Below are positions 1 to 10,677 of a DNA stretch of 32,000 nucleotides, one piece after another. This DNA is from Candidatus Hadarchaeota archaeon (GTDB lineage: Archaea > Hadarchaeota > Hadarchaeia > Hadarchaeales > Hadarchaeaceae), in contig CAZETV010000001.1 of the NCBI GenBank assembly GCA_964514965.1, positions 873,063 to 905,062 of the forward strand, given 5' to 3'. The stretch's first letter is position 1; each line of letters begins with the position of its first letter. Under the pieces are notes generated by a model, which saw only the letters and a list, made by a program, of their open reading frames with translations, was not told where the DNA came from and ran no database searches. The position numbers and the translations under genes are program-made.

Positions 1-111
1 TGTATTGCCTCAGTTTTAAGTTTTCGTCATTGTCTCAGCTACGCCGCCCGGTATTAGTGCGAGCCCGTATTAATGTCGATATGAGCTTCGACAGTTAATT
101 ATGTGGTTTAG

Positions 112-120
112 TATATAAAA
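112..120 (+). promoter_or_regulatory. candidate TATA box for the radical SAM gene starting about 170
   Basis: TATATAAAA about 50 nt upstream of ATG 170, which is preceded by GGTGGTGA. Confidence 0.45.
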
Positions 121-169
121 AGTAATCTTTTTTGGTGATGAGAACCAATAGGAAATGGGTGGTGAACTT

Positions 170-1635
170 ATGGTGATGTTCTCCACACTTGGTATTTTGA
201 AATCTGCTTTAGGTAACCCTATCTCTCGTGTAGTTCTTATCCGCTCCACTGCGCGATGTTCGAAATGCAACGATAGCAGGCTCAGAATAGCACTTGCTAG
301 GTACGCGGGGGTTAATACCAAAGTCTGCCTGAGCTGTCGCATGTACAGCTTTGTAATTGGGAGTATAATCGACATCGGACGTGTACTGTTCCGAACCTCT
401 AAGCGCGAGATGAGAAATTTTTTTAATAGTCAGACCACCCAGCGTGGGCTGGCGAGCATCGTGCGTGGAATAGCCGAGCACGGCATTACTCAGCCTCAGC
501 AGCTGGGGCGCCTTTCCTTGTGGTTTGGGATTTCACTCATGCCTGTAACCTCAATTGCAAACACTGTTACCAGCGAGCCAATCGTCCGCTGCCCGATGAG
601 CTCACCACCGACGAGGCCAAACGTTTAATCAAAGAACTTGCGGACGCAGATGTGGTAGCGTTAGCATTTTCTGGAGGTGAGCCGCTTATGCGCCGCGACT
701 TTTACGAGCTGGCGGCGTATGCGCGGAGCCTCGGCCTCTACGTGGCTCTAGCGACAAACGGCACGCTCATAACGAAAGAGGTGGCGAAACGGCTCAAGAA
801 GCTCGACATCTATGTAGAGATAAGTCTCGATGGTGCCAGTGCTGAGGTCCACGATGAATTTAGGGGGGTTCCGGGAATGTTTGACAGGACTATTAATGGA
901 ATAAAAAACTGTGTCGAAGTAGGCATCTACACATGCATTGCCACTACAGCTACCAAGCTCAATTTAAAAGAGATGCAAGAGACGTATGAGCTAGCCTTAT
1001 CGCTTGGGTGTAAGCGTCAAATGATTTTTAACTTTATCCCAACTGGACGCGGAGCAGAAATGTTTAACCTCGACCTTTCTCCAGATGAGCGCGAGCAGTT
1101 GCTTGAGCAGAGCTATGCCAACCTAGTTAGTGGTAGGGGGTGTGATGTTTTGGGGACTGCCCCCCAGCTTGCCCGCATTGCCTTGGAGCATGCGGAAGGA
1201 GTCGAAGGGGGCCCTCTTGTATCCGCACATTTTGCGGCTCCGGCCGACCTCGGAGAACATACGAGGCTGCTTGCCGAATTCCTAGGTGGCTGCGGTGCTG
1301 GGCGCGTTTATTGTGCGATTGAGTCGAACGGTGATGTGCTGCCCTGCGTTTTCATGCCCATCAAAGTCGGCAACATCCGCGAGAAACCCTTCCTTAAGAT
1401 ATGGCGCACCTCACAAGTGTTGCGTGATCTGCGCGACCGGAGCAAGTTAAAAGGGCATTGTGGTGAGTGCGAGTATCGCTACGCTTGCGGTGGTTGCCGC
1501 GCTCGTGCTTATGGCTATTTTGAAGATTACAACATGCCGGACCCAGGGTGCGTTAACAACTTAAAATATTGGCAGAATTTCAAAGTAAAAGTTGAGGGTG
1601 AACAACAAGTTTCTGCTGAGACGAAAGCAGCATAG
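170..1635 (+). CDS. radical SAM / SPASM-domain protein, split by an apparent 1-nt frameshift near 505-508
   Basis: The 155..628 ORF carries the N-terminal part (LKSALGNPISR...CSKC...CLSC...RRGLAS-like TTQRGLASIVRGIAEHGI). The 520..1635 ORF continues with APFLVVWDFTHACNLNCKHCYQ (CxxxCxxC) and a C-terminal SPASM-like cysteine set (CGECEYRYACGGCRARAYGYF). Confidence 0.8.
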
Positions 1636-1821
1636 CTGGAATTGGGGTTTCGAAGTTTTAAAGCGCGAAGGTTTAGTTAACATTTTCTTTATTGGGGCAA
1701 GAAGTTTACCAATTAACACCCTCTCCTGTTTAAAAGGCGAATATCTGCTAGCTCAATGCCTTGATTAACCGCGAAAAGCAACCTTCTTAACCACACTCGG
1801 ATAATGTGGGAGGGGGACGGC

Positions 1822-2364
1822 ATGGAAGAAGCCGAAATCCCTGTTGTCGAGGCCCAGTTATTTAAAGGCAAGATAATTGTCTGGGATGAGGCACAGGCGA
1901 ACCAGCTCTATCAACGAGGCTCTTACGGCAAACCTCTGAGTGGGGGAAAGCTTCAGCTCGCGCAGGTTGAGGCTCTATTCCTACTAGAAGGCGGAAAAAT
2001 TCGCGTGGTAGATGAGAACGGAAAGCAGTTGAATTTCAAAAATTTCTCGGCTAAATTTGGTGAGGGTGATTCTGAAGCGATGCTCAAGTATTCCGTGTAC
2101 GCAGACCTTCGCTCGCGCGGTTACATCATAAAAACTGGCCTGAAGTTCGGGGCGCATTTCCGCGTTTACGAGCGGGGAGAGAAGCCAGGTGAGGTGCATT
2201 CGAAGTTTTTAGTACACGCGGTGCCTGAAGGGATAAAGTTCACACCTACCGAAATCGCGCGCGCGGTTCGACTCGCACACAGCGTCCACAAAAAAATTTT
2301 ATGGGCGGTCGTAGACGATGAAGGGGATATCACCTACTACGCACTAACCCGTGAGAGGCCTTGA
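1822..2364 (+). CDS. endA: tRNA-splicing endonuclease EndA (short archaeal type)
   Basis: YSVYADLRSRGYIIKTGLKFGAHFRVYERG...HSKFLVHAV...ARAVRLAHSVHKKILWAVVD: catalytic Tyr/His/Lys context. ATG 1822 preceded by GGGAGGGGG. Confidence 0.9.
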   Translation: MEEAEIPVVEAQLFKGKIIVWDEAQANQLYQRGSYGKPLSGGKLQLAQVEALFLLEGGKIRVVDENGKQLNFKNFSAKFGEGDSEAMLKYSVYADLRSRGYIIKTGLKFGAHFRVYERGEKPGEVHSKFLVHAVPEGIKFTPTEIARAVRLAHSVHKKILWAVVDDEGDITYYALTRERP

Positions 2365-2366
2365 AA

Positions 2367-3473
2367 ATGCCAGTTCGAATCGACCCTTGGGGATCGGCGA
2401 TGCCTAAAGACTACTTGAGGCTGATGAGCGAATTCGGCATCGAGCCGGTTGAGGGGCTGCTTGCGCAAATACTTAGGCCACACTATCTTATGCGTCGCGG
2501 GATCATCTTCGGCCACCGCGACTTCGGACGGGTGCTTAATGCAATACTCAAGACGGAGAAGTTTGCGGTGATGACGGGGCTCATGCCGAGCGGCCGGATG
2601 CACGTCGGCCACAAGCTAGTCATAGACCAGCTTGCGTGGTATCAACAACGGGGTGCGGACATCTATTTGTGTGTTGCAGACCTCGAGGCGTATTCAGCGC
2701 GAGGTGTTTCTTTTGAGGAGTCGAAGAAAATTGCCGCGGAAGAGTACCTCGCCAACTACCAAGCGCTCGGGCTGGACGTAGAGCGTTGCCATGTTTACTT
2801 TCAATCTCGTAGTGATGTAGTTCGCCATCTCGCGTTCGTCCTAGCTAAAAAGGTTAACTTCAGCGAGATGCGTGCAATCTACGGCTTTGCGAGCGAATCA
2901 AATATCTCCCACATTTTTTACCCGATGATTGATGTCGCGGATATCCTGCACCCGCAACTGGAGGAGTTTGGCGGCCCCCGTCCGACTGTCGTTCCGGTTG
3001 GCGTCGATCAGGATCCACACCTTAGACTAGCGCGGGACGTGGCGGCTCGTTTCCAGCGGGATTTCGATTTCGTGCTTCCTTCATCAACTTATCATCGTCT
3101 TCTGCCTGGATTGACCGGAGAGAAGATGTCGAGCAGTAAACCCGAGACAGCGATTTTCCTGACAGATAGTTCTGATGAAATGAAGAAAAAAATAAAAGAT
3201 GCTTTCACCGGCGGTAGGCCAACGGCAACGGAGCAACGGAAGCATGGAGGCGCCCCGGACAAGTGCATGGTTTACGAACTATACGTTTACCACCTCATAC
3301 CTGATGATAAAAAGCTCCTAGATCTACGGGAGGCGTGCAAATCTGGAGCGATAATTTGCGGCGATTGTAAATTGCGGGCAATCGAACTAATGGCAGAGTT
3401 CTTAAAGATGCATCAAGCTAAGCGGGAGCGTTCTGAAGCCAGAGCGAAGAAACTTGTAGATAAAATTTATTGA
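2367..3473 (+). CDS. trpS: tryptophanyl-tRNA synthetase, archaeal type
   Basis: HVGH signature (PSGRMHVGHKLVIDQLAWYQ), KMSSS (GLTGEKMSSSKPETAIF), archaeal TrpRS organisation, 4-nt coupling with endA at the ORF boundary. Confidence 0.92.
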   Translation: MPVRIDPWGSAMPKDYLRLMSEFGIEPVEGLLAQILRPHYLMRRGIIFGHRDFGRVLNAILKTEKFAVMTGLMPSGRMHVGHKLVIDQLAWYQQRGADIYLCVADLEAYSARGVSFEESKKIAAEEYLANYQALGLDVERCHVYFQSRSDVVRHLAFVLAKKVNFSEMRAIYGFASESNISHIFYPMIDVADILHPQLEEFGGPRPTVVPVGVDQDPHLRLARDVAARFQRDFDFVLPSSTYHRLLPGLTGEKMSSSKPETAIFLTDSSDEMKKKIKDAFTGGRPTATEQRKHGGAPDKCMVYELYVYHLIPDDKKLLDLREACKSGAIICGDCKLRAIELMAEFLKMHQAKRERSEARAKKLVDKIY

Positions 3474-3595
3474 GCGTCCACTATTGGTGCGAAAAATTTA
3501 AGTGTTAGGTGGCTAAATATCACTTATGAACGATTAAGCGCTTGGTTTAGCTAATTCATGAAGAAAATGAATATCAAGCGCAGTTGTTCAAGGTG

Positions 3596-4951
3596 ATGAA
3601 GACGAAGGTAATGTTGATATTGCCACCCTCTAAATCTGCGATTCAATCGACGCTGGGAGTAACAGGACCTCCTTTAGGACTTGGATATTTGGCTTCGGTA
3701 TTAGAGAGCAATGGGCACGAAGTGAGAATAATAGACTCGTTGGCAATGGATTATGGTCTAGCCGATGTTAAGAGAGCTATTCAAAAGTTCGATCCGGGAC
3801 TCGTGGGCATCACTGCGACAACTCCGGCCATTTACGACGCGTATGGTATCGCGAGAACAGTGAAAGAAGAGAATCCCGATTGCAGAACTATTCTTGGAGG
3901 CCCTCATGCAACATTCATGGCGAGAGAAACACTGGAAGAGTGCCCACAGGTTGAAGTAGTGGTGAAGGGAGAGGGGGAACAAACGGTAGTAGAGCTCGCG
4001 TCGGGAAAGAAATTGAGGACGATGAGAGGAATAGCGTTTCGAAAAAACGACAAGGTGGAGGAGAACGAAAAAAGAGAATTCGTGAAAAATCTGGATGAAA
4101 TACCTTTTCCTGCGTACCACTTACTTCCGATGGAGAAATATAAGATGAGAGACATCAAATTCGCGACGATGGTCACCAGCCGTGGTTGCCCTTTCAGATG
4201 TGTTTTTTGTTCATCTTCGAAGCTATGCGGTAAGATATGGAGGGGGAGGAGCCCAGAAAACGTTTTGGAGGAGATAAAGCTACTGAGGGAGAAATACGGA
4301 GTGAGGGAGATAGAGTTTCTTGATGACACTTTCACTCTCAACAAAGAAAGGACTAAAGCGCTCTGCGCTCTGATTCGGAAGGAAAAGGTTGATATCACCT
4401 GGAGCTGTTCTTCTCGCGTGGATACCATCAACGAGGAGCTGGCGACAGAACTGAAGGAAGCCGGGTGCCACAGCGTTTATTTGGGGATTGAATCCGGCTC
4501 GCAGCGAAGCCTGAATTTTCTTAAAAAGGGAATAAACCTCAAACAGGCAAAAAAGGCATTAAAAATTTTAAAAAATTTGAAGTTAAACACAGTATCGACG
4601 TTCATCATAGGTATCCCTGGAGAAACGGTGAAAGCGATCGATAAAACAATAAATTTTGCTAAAAAGCTCAATCCCACACTCGCCCAATTCACAATATTGA
4701 CCCCATATCCTGGTACCGAAATTTACGAGTTCGCGCGGAGAAACAACCTTCTCTTGACGAGGGATTGGTTAAAGTACACAACTTTAGACCCAGTGATTAA
4801 ACTTCCCCGGTTCACTACACAGAAGCTCAAGGGTCTTTTGAGGAAAGCTTATATGAGTTTTTATTGTCAGCCATCTAAGATTTTTAAGATTTTCAGATGG
4901 GGCGGGTTCTCTTTGTTGAAGTCGCTGGGAAAAGTCAAGGAATATTATTAA
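3596..4951 (+). CDS. B12-binding-domain radical SAM protein, specific function unknown
   Basis: N-terminal Rossmann-like B12-binding fold (PPLGLGYLASVLESNGHEVRIIDS), radical SAM SRGCPFRCVFCSS, VYLGIESGSQRSLNFLKKG. ATG 3596 follows AAGGTG. Confidence 0.85.
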   Translation: MKTKVMLILPPSKSAIQSTLGVTGPPLGLGYLASVLESNGHEVRIIDSLAMDYGLADVKRAIQKFDPGLVGITATTPAIYDAYGIARTVKEENPDCRTILGGPHATFMARETLEECPQVEVVVKGEGEQTVVELASGKKLRTMRGIAFRKNDKVEENEKREFVKNLDEIPFPAYHLLPMEKYKMRDIKFATMVTSRGCPFRCVFCSSSKLCGKIWRGRSPENVLEEIKLLREKYGVREIEFLDDTFTLNKERTKALCALIRKEKVDITWSCSSRVDTINEELATELKEAGCHSVYLGIESGSQRSLNFLKKGINLKQAKKALKILKNLKLNTVSTFIIGIPGETVKAIDKTINFAKKLNPTLAQFTILTPYPGTEIYEFARRNNLLLTRDWLKYTTLDPVIKLPRFTTQKLKGLLRKAYMSFYCQPSKIFKIFRWGGFSLLKSLGKVKEYY

Positions 4952-5069
4952 ATTTTCGCCTCATCGCCGCATGTTTTTTCGACTTGGCATTTTTTGCTTA
5001 TTGAGACATACCAAAAGGCAAGAGTATGTGTCAACATCGCCCACATTTCGAAATTGCATACTTGTCAAT

Positions 5070-6449
5070 TCATTCACTCGGGTGCAGATACTTCTCAATA
5101 AACTTTGGGTCGATGCGCTTCAACTCGGTCGTAGGCAGCGTGCGCAGAAGTTCCCATCCTAGGTTGAGCGTGGTCTCTATTGTGCGGTCTTCGTCCCGGC
5201 GCTGGTTCACAAACTCCCGCTCGAATCTGTCGGCGAAACTCAGATAGCGGCGGTCTCGCTCGGTCAACGCCTCCTCTCCAACAACCGCAACTAATGCTCG
5301 AAGGTCCTTGCCCTCAGCGTAAGCTGCATAGAGTTGGTTTGAGACATCGCTGTGATCCTCCCGCGTGTGCCCTTCGCCTATTCCATCCTTCATGAGCCTT
5401 GAGAGCGAGGGTAAGACGTTGATTGGCGGGTAAATACCTCTGCGATGGAGCTCACGATCCATGACTAGCTGTCCTTCAGTGATGTAGCCTGTGAGGTCAG
5501 GAATCGGATGGGTGATGTCGTCGCCCGGCATGGTCAAGATCGGCATTTGGGTCACCGAGCCCTTCTTTTTCCCTATTCTCCCCGCTCGCTCGTACATCGT
5601 TGCAAGGTCCGTGTACAAGTATCCGGGATAGCCCCGCCTTCCTGGTACCTCGCTTCGGGCAGCGGAAATCTCTCGCAGTGCCTCGCAGTAGTTTGTCATG
5701 TCTACCAAGATAACCAGCACATGCATTCCTTGGGTGAAAGCGAAGTACTCGGCAGTCGTCAGGGCCAAGCGCGGCGTGAGGATGCGCTCGATGGCGGGGT
5801 CGCTGGCAAGATTCAAGAACACGGTCGCCCGCTCCAGCGCGCCCGTTCGCTCGAAGTCGTGAGTGAAGAATGCTGCCTCTTCGTGTGTTATCCCCATCCC
5901 GCAAAAAATTACGCAGAACTTTTCCTCCTCGCCAAGCACCTTCGCCTGCCTAGCGATTTGCGCGGCGAGTTCGTTGTGGGGTAAACCAGAGCCCGAGAAG
6001 ATGGGCAACTTTTGGCCCCGGACGAGCGTGTTCATGCCGTCGATTGATGATACGCCAGTCTGAATGAACTCGCTAGGGTACTCCCTTGCAGCAGGATTTA
6101 TCGGGGCCCCGTGCACATCCCACTCGTCCTCAAAAATCGGTTTGGGCCCGCCATCTATGGGTTCGCCGCGCCCGCTAAAAATTCTGCCGAGTAACTCTAG
6201 CCCGACGCCGAACTTGATGGTTTCGCCCGTGAATCGAACGCGGGTTTTGAAAGTGTCTATGCCGCTCGTGCCCTCGTAGACCTGCACTACAGCGCGATTC
6301 TCGTAGGCGTCCAGCACTTGCCCGTGTTTTGTTTCTCCATCGGGCGTGGTCACCTCCACGACCTCCTCGTAGGCAATGCCGCTCACGCCCTCGACTACAA
6401 TCAGTGGGCCAGAAACTTCTGCAACAGTTAAATATTCACGACTCTTCAT
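5070..6449 (-). CDS. atpB: A/V-type ATP synthase subunit B
   Basis: [39 protein letters not shown]-like core, [26 protein letters not shown]. Full-length (about 460 aa). Confidence 0.95.
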   Translation of the reverse strand: MKSREYLTVAEVSGPLIVVEGVSGIAYEEVVEVTTPDGETKHGQVLDAYENRAVVQVYEGTSGIDTFKTRVRFTGETIKFGVGLELLGRIFSGRGEPIDGGPKPIFEDEWDVHGAPINPAAREYPSEFIQTGVSSIDGMNTLVRGQKLPIFSGSGLPHNELAAQIARQAKVLGEEEKFCVIFCGMGITHEEAAFFTHDFERTGALERATVFLNLASDPAIERILTPRLALTTAEYFAFTQGMHVLVILVDMTNYCEALREISAARSEVPGRRGYPGYLYTDLATMYERAGRIGKKKGSVTQMPILTMPGDDITHPIPDLTGYITEGQLVMDRELHRRGIYPPINVLPSLSRLMKDGIGEGHTREDHSDVSNQLYAAYAEGKDLRALVAVVGEEALTERDRRYLSFADRFEREFVNQRRDEDRTIETTLNLGWELLRTLPTTELKRIDPKFIEKYLHPSE

Positions 6450-6453
6450 GGTC

Positions 6454-8244
6454 TCACTTTTCATTCTTTTCACCTTCGGTTTTTGGTGCTTTCATTTTTT
6501 GCATTAGCTCTTCGAACTGTTTCTTTAGCTGTTTTCCCAAATTTTCCCGCTCTTTCATAAATTTTTCCACGGGAATTCGTTTCATGCCTGCGATGTTCTC
6601 CTTAATCGGCAGCTTTTTAATTTCTTCTACCGAGACACCCCGTCGCGCTGCTTCCACGGAGTTGTGATAGAAATCGAGTACTAGTTTGAGCATCCCGAGT
6701 TGCTTCTCGACAGGGCAATGGGTGTCGACTTCGTGGAAGGCGAATTGTTGAAGAAAGTCCTCCCGCATCATCCGTGCGGATTCTAACACGGCTCTCTCAG
6801 GCTCGGGGAGAGCGTCAGGCCCAACGAGCTTCACGATTTCATCTAGCTCGGCCTCCTTCTGGAGCATAGCGATCGATTCATCGCGTAAGGTCTTCCAGTC
6901 CTCGCCGAGCTTTTGTTTCCACCACTCGCGGACGTTGTCTACATAGAGAGAGTAGCTATTGAGCCAGTGGATGGCTGGGAAGTGGCGCCGGTCGGCCAGC
7001 CCCGTGTCGAGCGCCCAGAATACCTTGACAATGCGGAGCGTGTTTTGTGAAACGGGCTCCGAAAGGTCGCCTCCGGGCGGGGATACGGCGCCAAGTACTG
7101 TCACGGAGCCGAAGCGCTCATCGTTGCCGAGTGTCTGCACGCGGCCAGCTCTTTCATAGAATTCCGCCAGTCTAGAGGCTAAATATGCGGGGAAGCCCTC
7201 CTCGCCCGGCATCTCCTCCAATCGCCCGGAAATCTCACGCATCGCTTCGGCCCATCGCGAGGTGGAGTCGGCCATCAGCGCTACATCGTAGCCCATGTCT
7301 CGGAAGTACTCGGCGATGGTTATCCCCGTGTAGACGCTCGCCTCGCGTGCGGCCACGGGCATGTTTGAGGTGTTAGCGATGAGTGTGGTTCGCGCCATAA
7401 GCGACTCGTCGCTACGCGGGTCCTTCAACTTGGGGAAGTGCACTAGCACATCACACATCTCGTTGCCCCGCTCGCCGCAGCCCACGTAAACGACCACGTC
7501 TGCGGCTGCCCATTTCGCGAATTGGTGAAGCATAACAGTTTTACCCGTGCCGAAGCCTCCGGGGATTGCTGCCGTACCCCCTTTCGCGATTGGGAAGAAA
7601 GTGTCGGTGATACGCTGCCCAGAAATTAGCGGCTCATTCGGGTCGAACTTCTCCTTAAATGGCCTCACCTGCCGTACAGGCCAAGTTTGCATCATCGCAA
7701 CATCTCGCTTGCCATCGGCGGTCTCGATGGTGGCGATGATATCCTCGATTGTGTGCCCGCCATCTGCTAGCTCTGAGATTTTTCCGTTCACGCCTGGGGG
7801 AACCAAAATTCGGTGTTCGACAAGCTTGCTCTCATTGACGGTTCCGAGTACATCACCCTCTACGACCTCCGCGCCTCGCTTGGTTTTTGGCACGAACTCC
7901 CACTTCTTATCACGCGGCAGGGCATGGGCGAAGACGCCTCGCTTTATCATATCCCCGACTTTCGTCTGGATGATCGTGAGCGGTCGTTGCGTTCCATCAT
8001 AAATCGCGCCGATGAGCCCGGGTCCAAGCTCTACAGAGAGAGGCTTTCCAGTGCCTTCGACTTTCTCGCTCGGTTTTATGCCCGAGGTCTCCTCATATAC
8101 CTGAATCATTGCACGATCTTCAGTCAGGCCAATTATTTCTCCCATCAGGCCCTCCTCGCCAACCTTAACGAGTTCATACATCTCCGATCCTTTCATACCA
8201 TCAGCGATAACTACGGGCCCAGTAATCCGGATGATCTTTCCCAA
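6454..8244 (-). CDS. atpA: A/V-type ATP synthase catalytic subunit A; start uncertain (TTG at 8244 preferred over ORF start 8283)
   Basis: P-loop [60 protein letters not shown]. Confidence 0.95.
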   Translation of the reverse strand: MGKIIRITGPVVIADGMKGSEMYELVKVGEEGLMGEIIGLTEDRAMIQVYEETSGIKPSEKVEGTGKPLSVELGPGLIGAIYDGTQRPLTIIQTKVGDMIKRGVFAHALPRDKKWEFVPKTKRGAEVVEGDVLGTVNESKLVEHRILVPPGVNGKISELADGGHTIEDIIATIETADGKRDVAMMQTWPVRQVRPFKEKFDPNEPLISGQRITDTFFPIAKGGTAAIPGGFGTGKTVMLHQFAKWAAADVVVYVGCGERGNEMCDVLVHFPKLKDPRSDESLMARTTLIANTSNMPVAAREASVYTGITIAEYFRDMGYDVALMADSTSRWAEAMREISGRLEEMPGEEGFPAYLASRLAEFYERAGRVQTLGNDERFGSVTVLGAVSPPGGDLSEPVSQNTLRIVKVFWALDTGLADRRHFPAIHWLNSYSLYVDNVREWWKQKLGEDWKTLRDESIAMLQKEAELDEIVKLVGPDALPEPERAVLESARMMREDFLQQFAFHEVDTHCPVEKQLGMLKLVLDFYHNSVEAARRGVSVEEIKKLPIKENIAGMKRIPVEKFMKERENLGKQLKKQFEELMQKMKAPKTEGEKNEK

Positions 8245-8283
8245 CCAAACCCCCCGAACTATAGCTATGATTGGTGGCTTCAC

Positions 8284-8369
8284 TTTTATGAATATCTTTC
8301 CTGAGATAAGAAACTTTTATTGGTACCACTTCTAATTTAATTTGATGCTGTACACTGGGCGGGAGCTAA
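8284..8369. promoter_or_regulatory. divergent promoter region between atpA (minus) and the atpH-like gene (plus)
   Basis: AT-rich intergenic region between two head-to-head ATPase gene blocks; TATA-like stretches ctaatttaattt (plus) and ataaaagt (minus). Confidence 0.4.
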
Positions 8370-8681
8370 GTGGTCGAGGAAAGTCTTCGCGCGATTTTTG
8401 AAGCAGAGAAAAAAGCAAGGGAGCAAGTTGAAGCGGCACAGCGAGAAGCTGCAACCCTCCTCGAATCCACTCGAAATGAAGTTCAGAGAATAAAGGAGAG
8501 TGCAAAGAATGAGGCGGAATCAAAGGCAGAAAAAGTGATCGGGGAATCTAGGAAAAAGGCAGAAGTAGATTTGCAGAAGCTGCTGGTGAAAAATCGCAAA
8601 GAGATCCAGACGATAGAGAAAAAAGCTAGGGCGAGACACACGGAGGCGGTCAAGCTAGTTCTGGATGTTATTCTCAGGTGA
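8370..8681 (+). CDS. A-type ATP synthase subunit H (AhaH-like coiled coil)
   Basis: 103-aa Lys/Glu/Ala-rich coiled coil immediately 5' of subunit I, the typical position of AhaH. Confidence 0.7.
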   Translation: MVEESLRAIFEAEKKAREQVEAAQREAATLLESTRNEVQRIKESAKNEAESKAEKVIGESRKKAEVDLQKLLVKNRKEIQTIEKKARARHTEAVKLVLDVILR

Positions 8682-8703
8682 TTTCACGTTCAAAACGGCT
8701 CGA

Positions 8704-10677
8704 ATGCAGAAGTTTAGGGCGATTTTCCTCCAACAAGCGCATGATAGCGTTGTGGCCAAGCTTCACGAGGCTGGTGTAGTTCAACTGAAGGAGATTTCAG
8801 AGCTGGAGATCGGGCGTAAGGCGGTGAAGGAGGAGTTGTATGAGTTCTCCTCGCTACTCGCAAAATTCAGGGAAATGCAGGAGTTTCTCGGGCCATCACG
8901 TAAACCAGTTGAAGTTGAAGAACTCACTTACGCGCAAACCTTGAAAGAGGCGGAAAGGCTCCTTGAGAGGCTTGAGCCGAAGGTAATCACATTGAAGACA
9001 AAAAGCGAGGAACTCGATAAGAGGAGACAAGAGCTGCTCGCCCAAATAGAGGTGCTCAAAAACTTCAAAGAAATAAAATTTTCGTTGAGCTACCTTCAAT
9101 CTACGGATGAGACCCAAGTCAAGGTAGGGTGGATCGCCGAGGAACAGATAAGAAAGTTCTCGGACGCGGCGATGGAAATATTGGAGGGGAAAGTTTTTGT
9201 GGAGGTTTTTGGAGAGGGCGGACGAAGAATTTTGGTTGCCGTCTACCGCACAAGAGATCAGCAGAAACTCTTGCCACTGTTCTACAGGTTTGAAATAGAG
9301 CTTTTAGAGATACCACATATCCCACGAACGCCGAGAGAGGCGGTCAAAGAACTCGAAAAGCAGCTGGAGGAACTTACCGAGGAACGGGCTAATCTTGAGA
9401 TGGAAAGGAAGGAACTCGCCAAAGCTGAGGCAGGAGAGGTGAGCAAGTTCTTCGAACTTCTTGAAATTCAAATGGAACGCTTGGGGTGCACTAGGCTATT
9501 TGGCTTCACCGACGCCACCGTGGTCATCGAGGGTTGGATGCCCAAGAAGGTGAACCTCGAGCCCATACTGCGCGCAGCTACTAACGGGCGACATATCATT
9601 AGAATTTACAAGCCCCAAAAAGTCGAGGTCGAGACTGTCCCCATAAAGCTTGAAAATCCTAGGGGAGTAGGTGATTTTGAGCTCATCACCGAAATGTACG
9701 GCTTACCTAAGTACGACGAGGTTGACCCCACACCATTCTTAGCGTTCACCTTCCCACTTTTCTTCGCAGTCTGCTTGTCGGACGCTGGCTACGGGCTTTT
9801 GCTTGGGCTTTTCATGGGGTCCGGCATCTGGTTTGCAAAAGCTTTCCCGAGAAGTTTAAGGAAGATGATGGTGGTAGGCGCGGCATTTACCGTTGTGATC
9901 GGCGCTCTTATCGGGGGATGGTTCGGATTTGCTCCCCTTTGGATAAACGCCATGGAAAATCCGATACCTATTCTTAAGCTCGCTGTTTTCATAGGTATCC
10001 TGCACATTATCATTGGATTTGGAGTGGCTGCCGCGCTGAAGGACTTTTTCAGGAGGGATTGGAGGAACTTAATCCTCGACCATATTCCCCGCGTACTAGT
10101 CGTGGTAGGGTTCTTTGGGCTGAGCTTTTGTGCTTTGGGCGTTAGCCTGAGTGATTTTGGGATAAATTTTGCGTTCCCAAAAATGAATCTCTTTGAAGCG
10201 TTTAACCCAATTGCATTTGCTCCCGCCATGGTCATAGCTTTCAGGATTTTGCTCTACGTTGGGTTAGGTATTGGAGTTATAGGAGCGGTGGTAATGGCTA
10301 AGGGATTGCGGGAGAGAATTAGTGGACCCATCAATGTTATATATGGTATAACAGGGTTGGTCGCTGATGCCGCTTCCTACAGCAGGCTCATGGCTCTTGG
10401 AATAGCCACGGGCATCATAGCGTACGCGATAAACTACATCGGTGGTTGGCTGTACGGGCCCTTGACCCCACCGCTCTCATATATCGTGCTGGTGCCACTG
10501 TTGATTGCGCTCTTTGCGGCGCACTGTTTCAACATCTTCATCCAAAGCCTTGGGGCGTTCATTCACACCATGCGTTTGCATTACGTCGAATTTTTTGGTA
10601 AGTTCTACGAGGGCGGCGGCGAGAAGTTTGCTCCCTTTAAAGCTAAAAGGATGTTTACTAAAATAATAAGGAGGTGA
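8704..10677 (+). CDS. atpI: A/V-type ATP synthase subunit I (a-type membrane subunit); start uncertain within ORF 8665..10677
   Basis: Long coiled-coil N-terminus, then membrane domain with YGLPKYDEVDPTPFLAFTFPLFFAVCLSDAGYGLLLGLFMG, SRLMALGIATGIIAYAIN and HTMRLHYVEFFGKFYEGGG. Confidence 0.95.
   Translation: MQKFRAIFLQQAHDSVVAKLHEAGVVQLKEISELEIGRKAVKEELYEFSSLLAKFREMQEFLGPSRKPVEVEELTYAQTLKEAERLLERLEPKVITLKTKSEELDKRRQELLAQIEVLKNFKEIKFSLSYLQSTDETQVKVGWIAEEQIRKFSDAAMEILEGKVFVEVFGEGGRRILVAVYRTRDQQKLLPLFYRFEIELLEIPHIPRTPREAVKELEKQLEELTEERANLEMERKELAKAEAGEVSKFFELLEIQMERLGCTRLFGFTDATVVIEGWMPKKVNLEPILRAATNGRHIIRIYKPQKVEVETVPIKLENPRGVGDFELITEMYGLPKYDEVDPTPFLAFTFPLFFAVCLSDAGYGLLLGLFMGSGIWFAKAFPRSLRKMMVVGAAFTVVIGALIGGWFGFAPLWINAMENPIPILKLAVFIGILHIIIGFGVAAALKDFFRRDWRNLILDHIPRVLVVVGFFGLSFCALGVSLSDFGINFAFPKMNLFEAFNPIAFAPAMVIAFRILLYVGLGIGVIGAVVMAKGLRERISGPINVIYGITGLVADAASYSRLMALGIATGIIAYAINYIGGWLYGPLTPPLSYIVLVPLLIALFAAHCFNIFIQSLGAFIHTMRLHYVEFFGKFYEGGGEKFAPFKAKRMFTKIIRR

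Noticed and set aside
209-481. 90-aa minus-strand ORF near the left end
   Set aside because: Overlaps the N-terminal half of the frameshifted radical SAM gene.
1636-1821. Intergenic region upstream of endA considered for a small RNA or tRNA
   Set aside because: No convincing stem-loop set, T-loop motif or cloverleaf could be identified by eye.
7813-8304. 163-aa plus-strand ORF
   Set aside because: Antisense to atpA with no recognisable domain.
9789-10235. 148-aa minus-strand ORF
   Set aside because: Antisense shadow of the atpI membrane domain.
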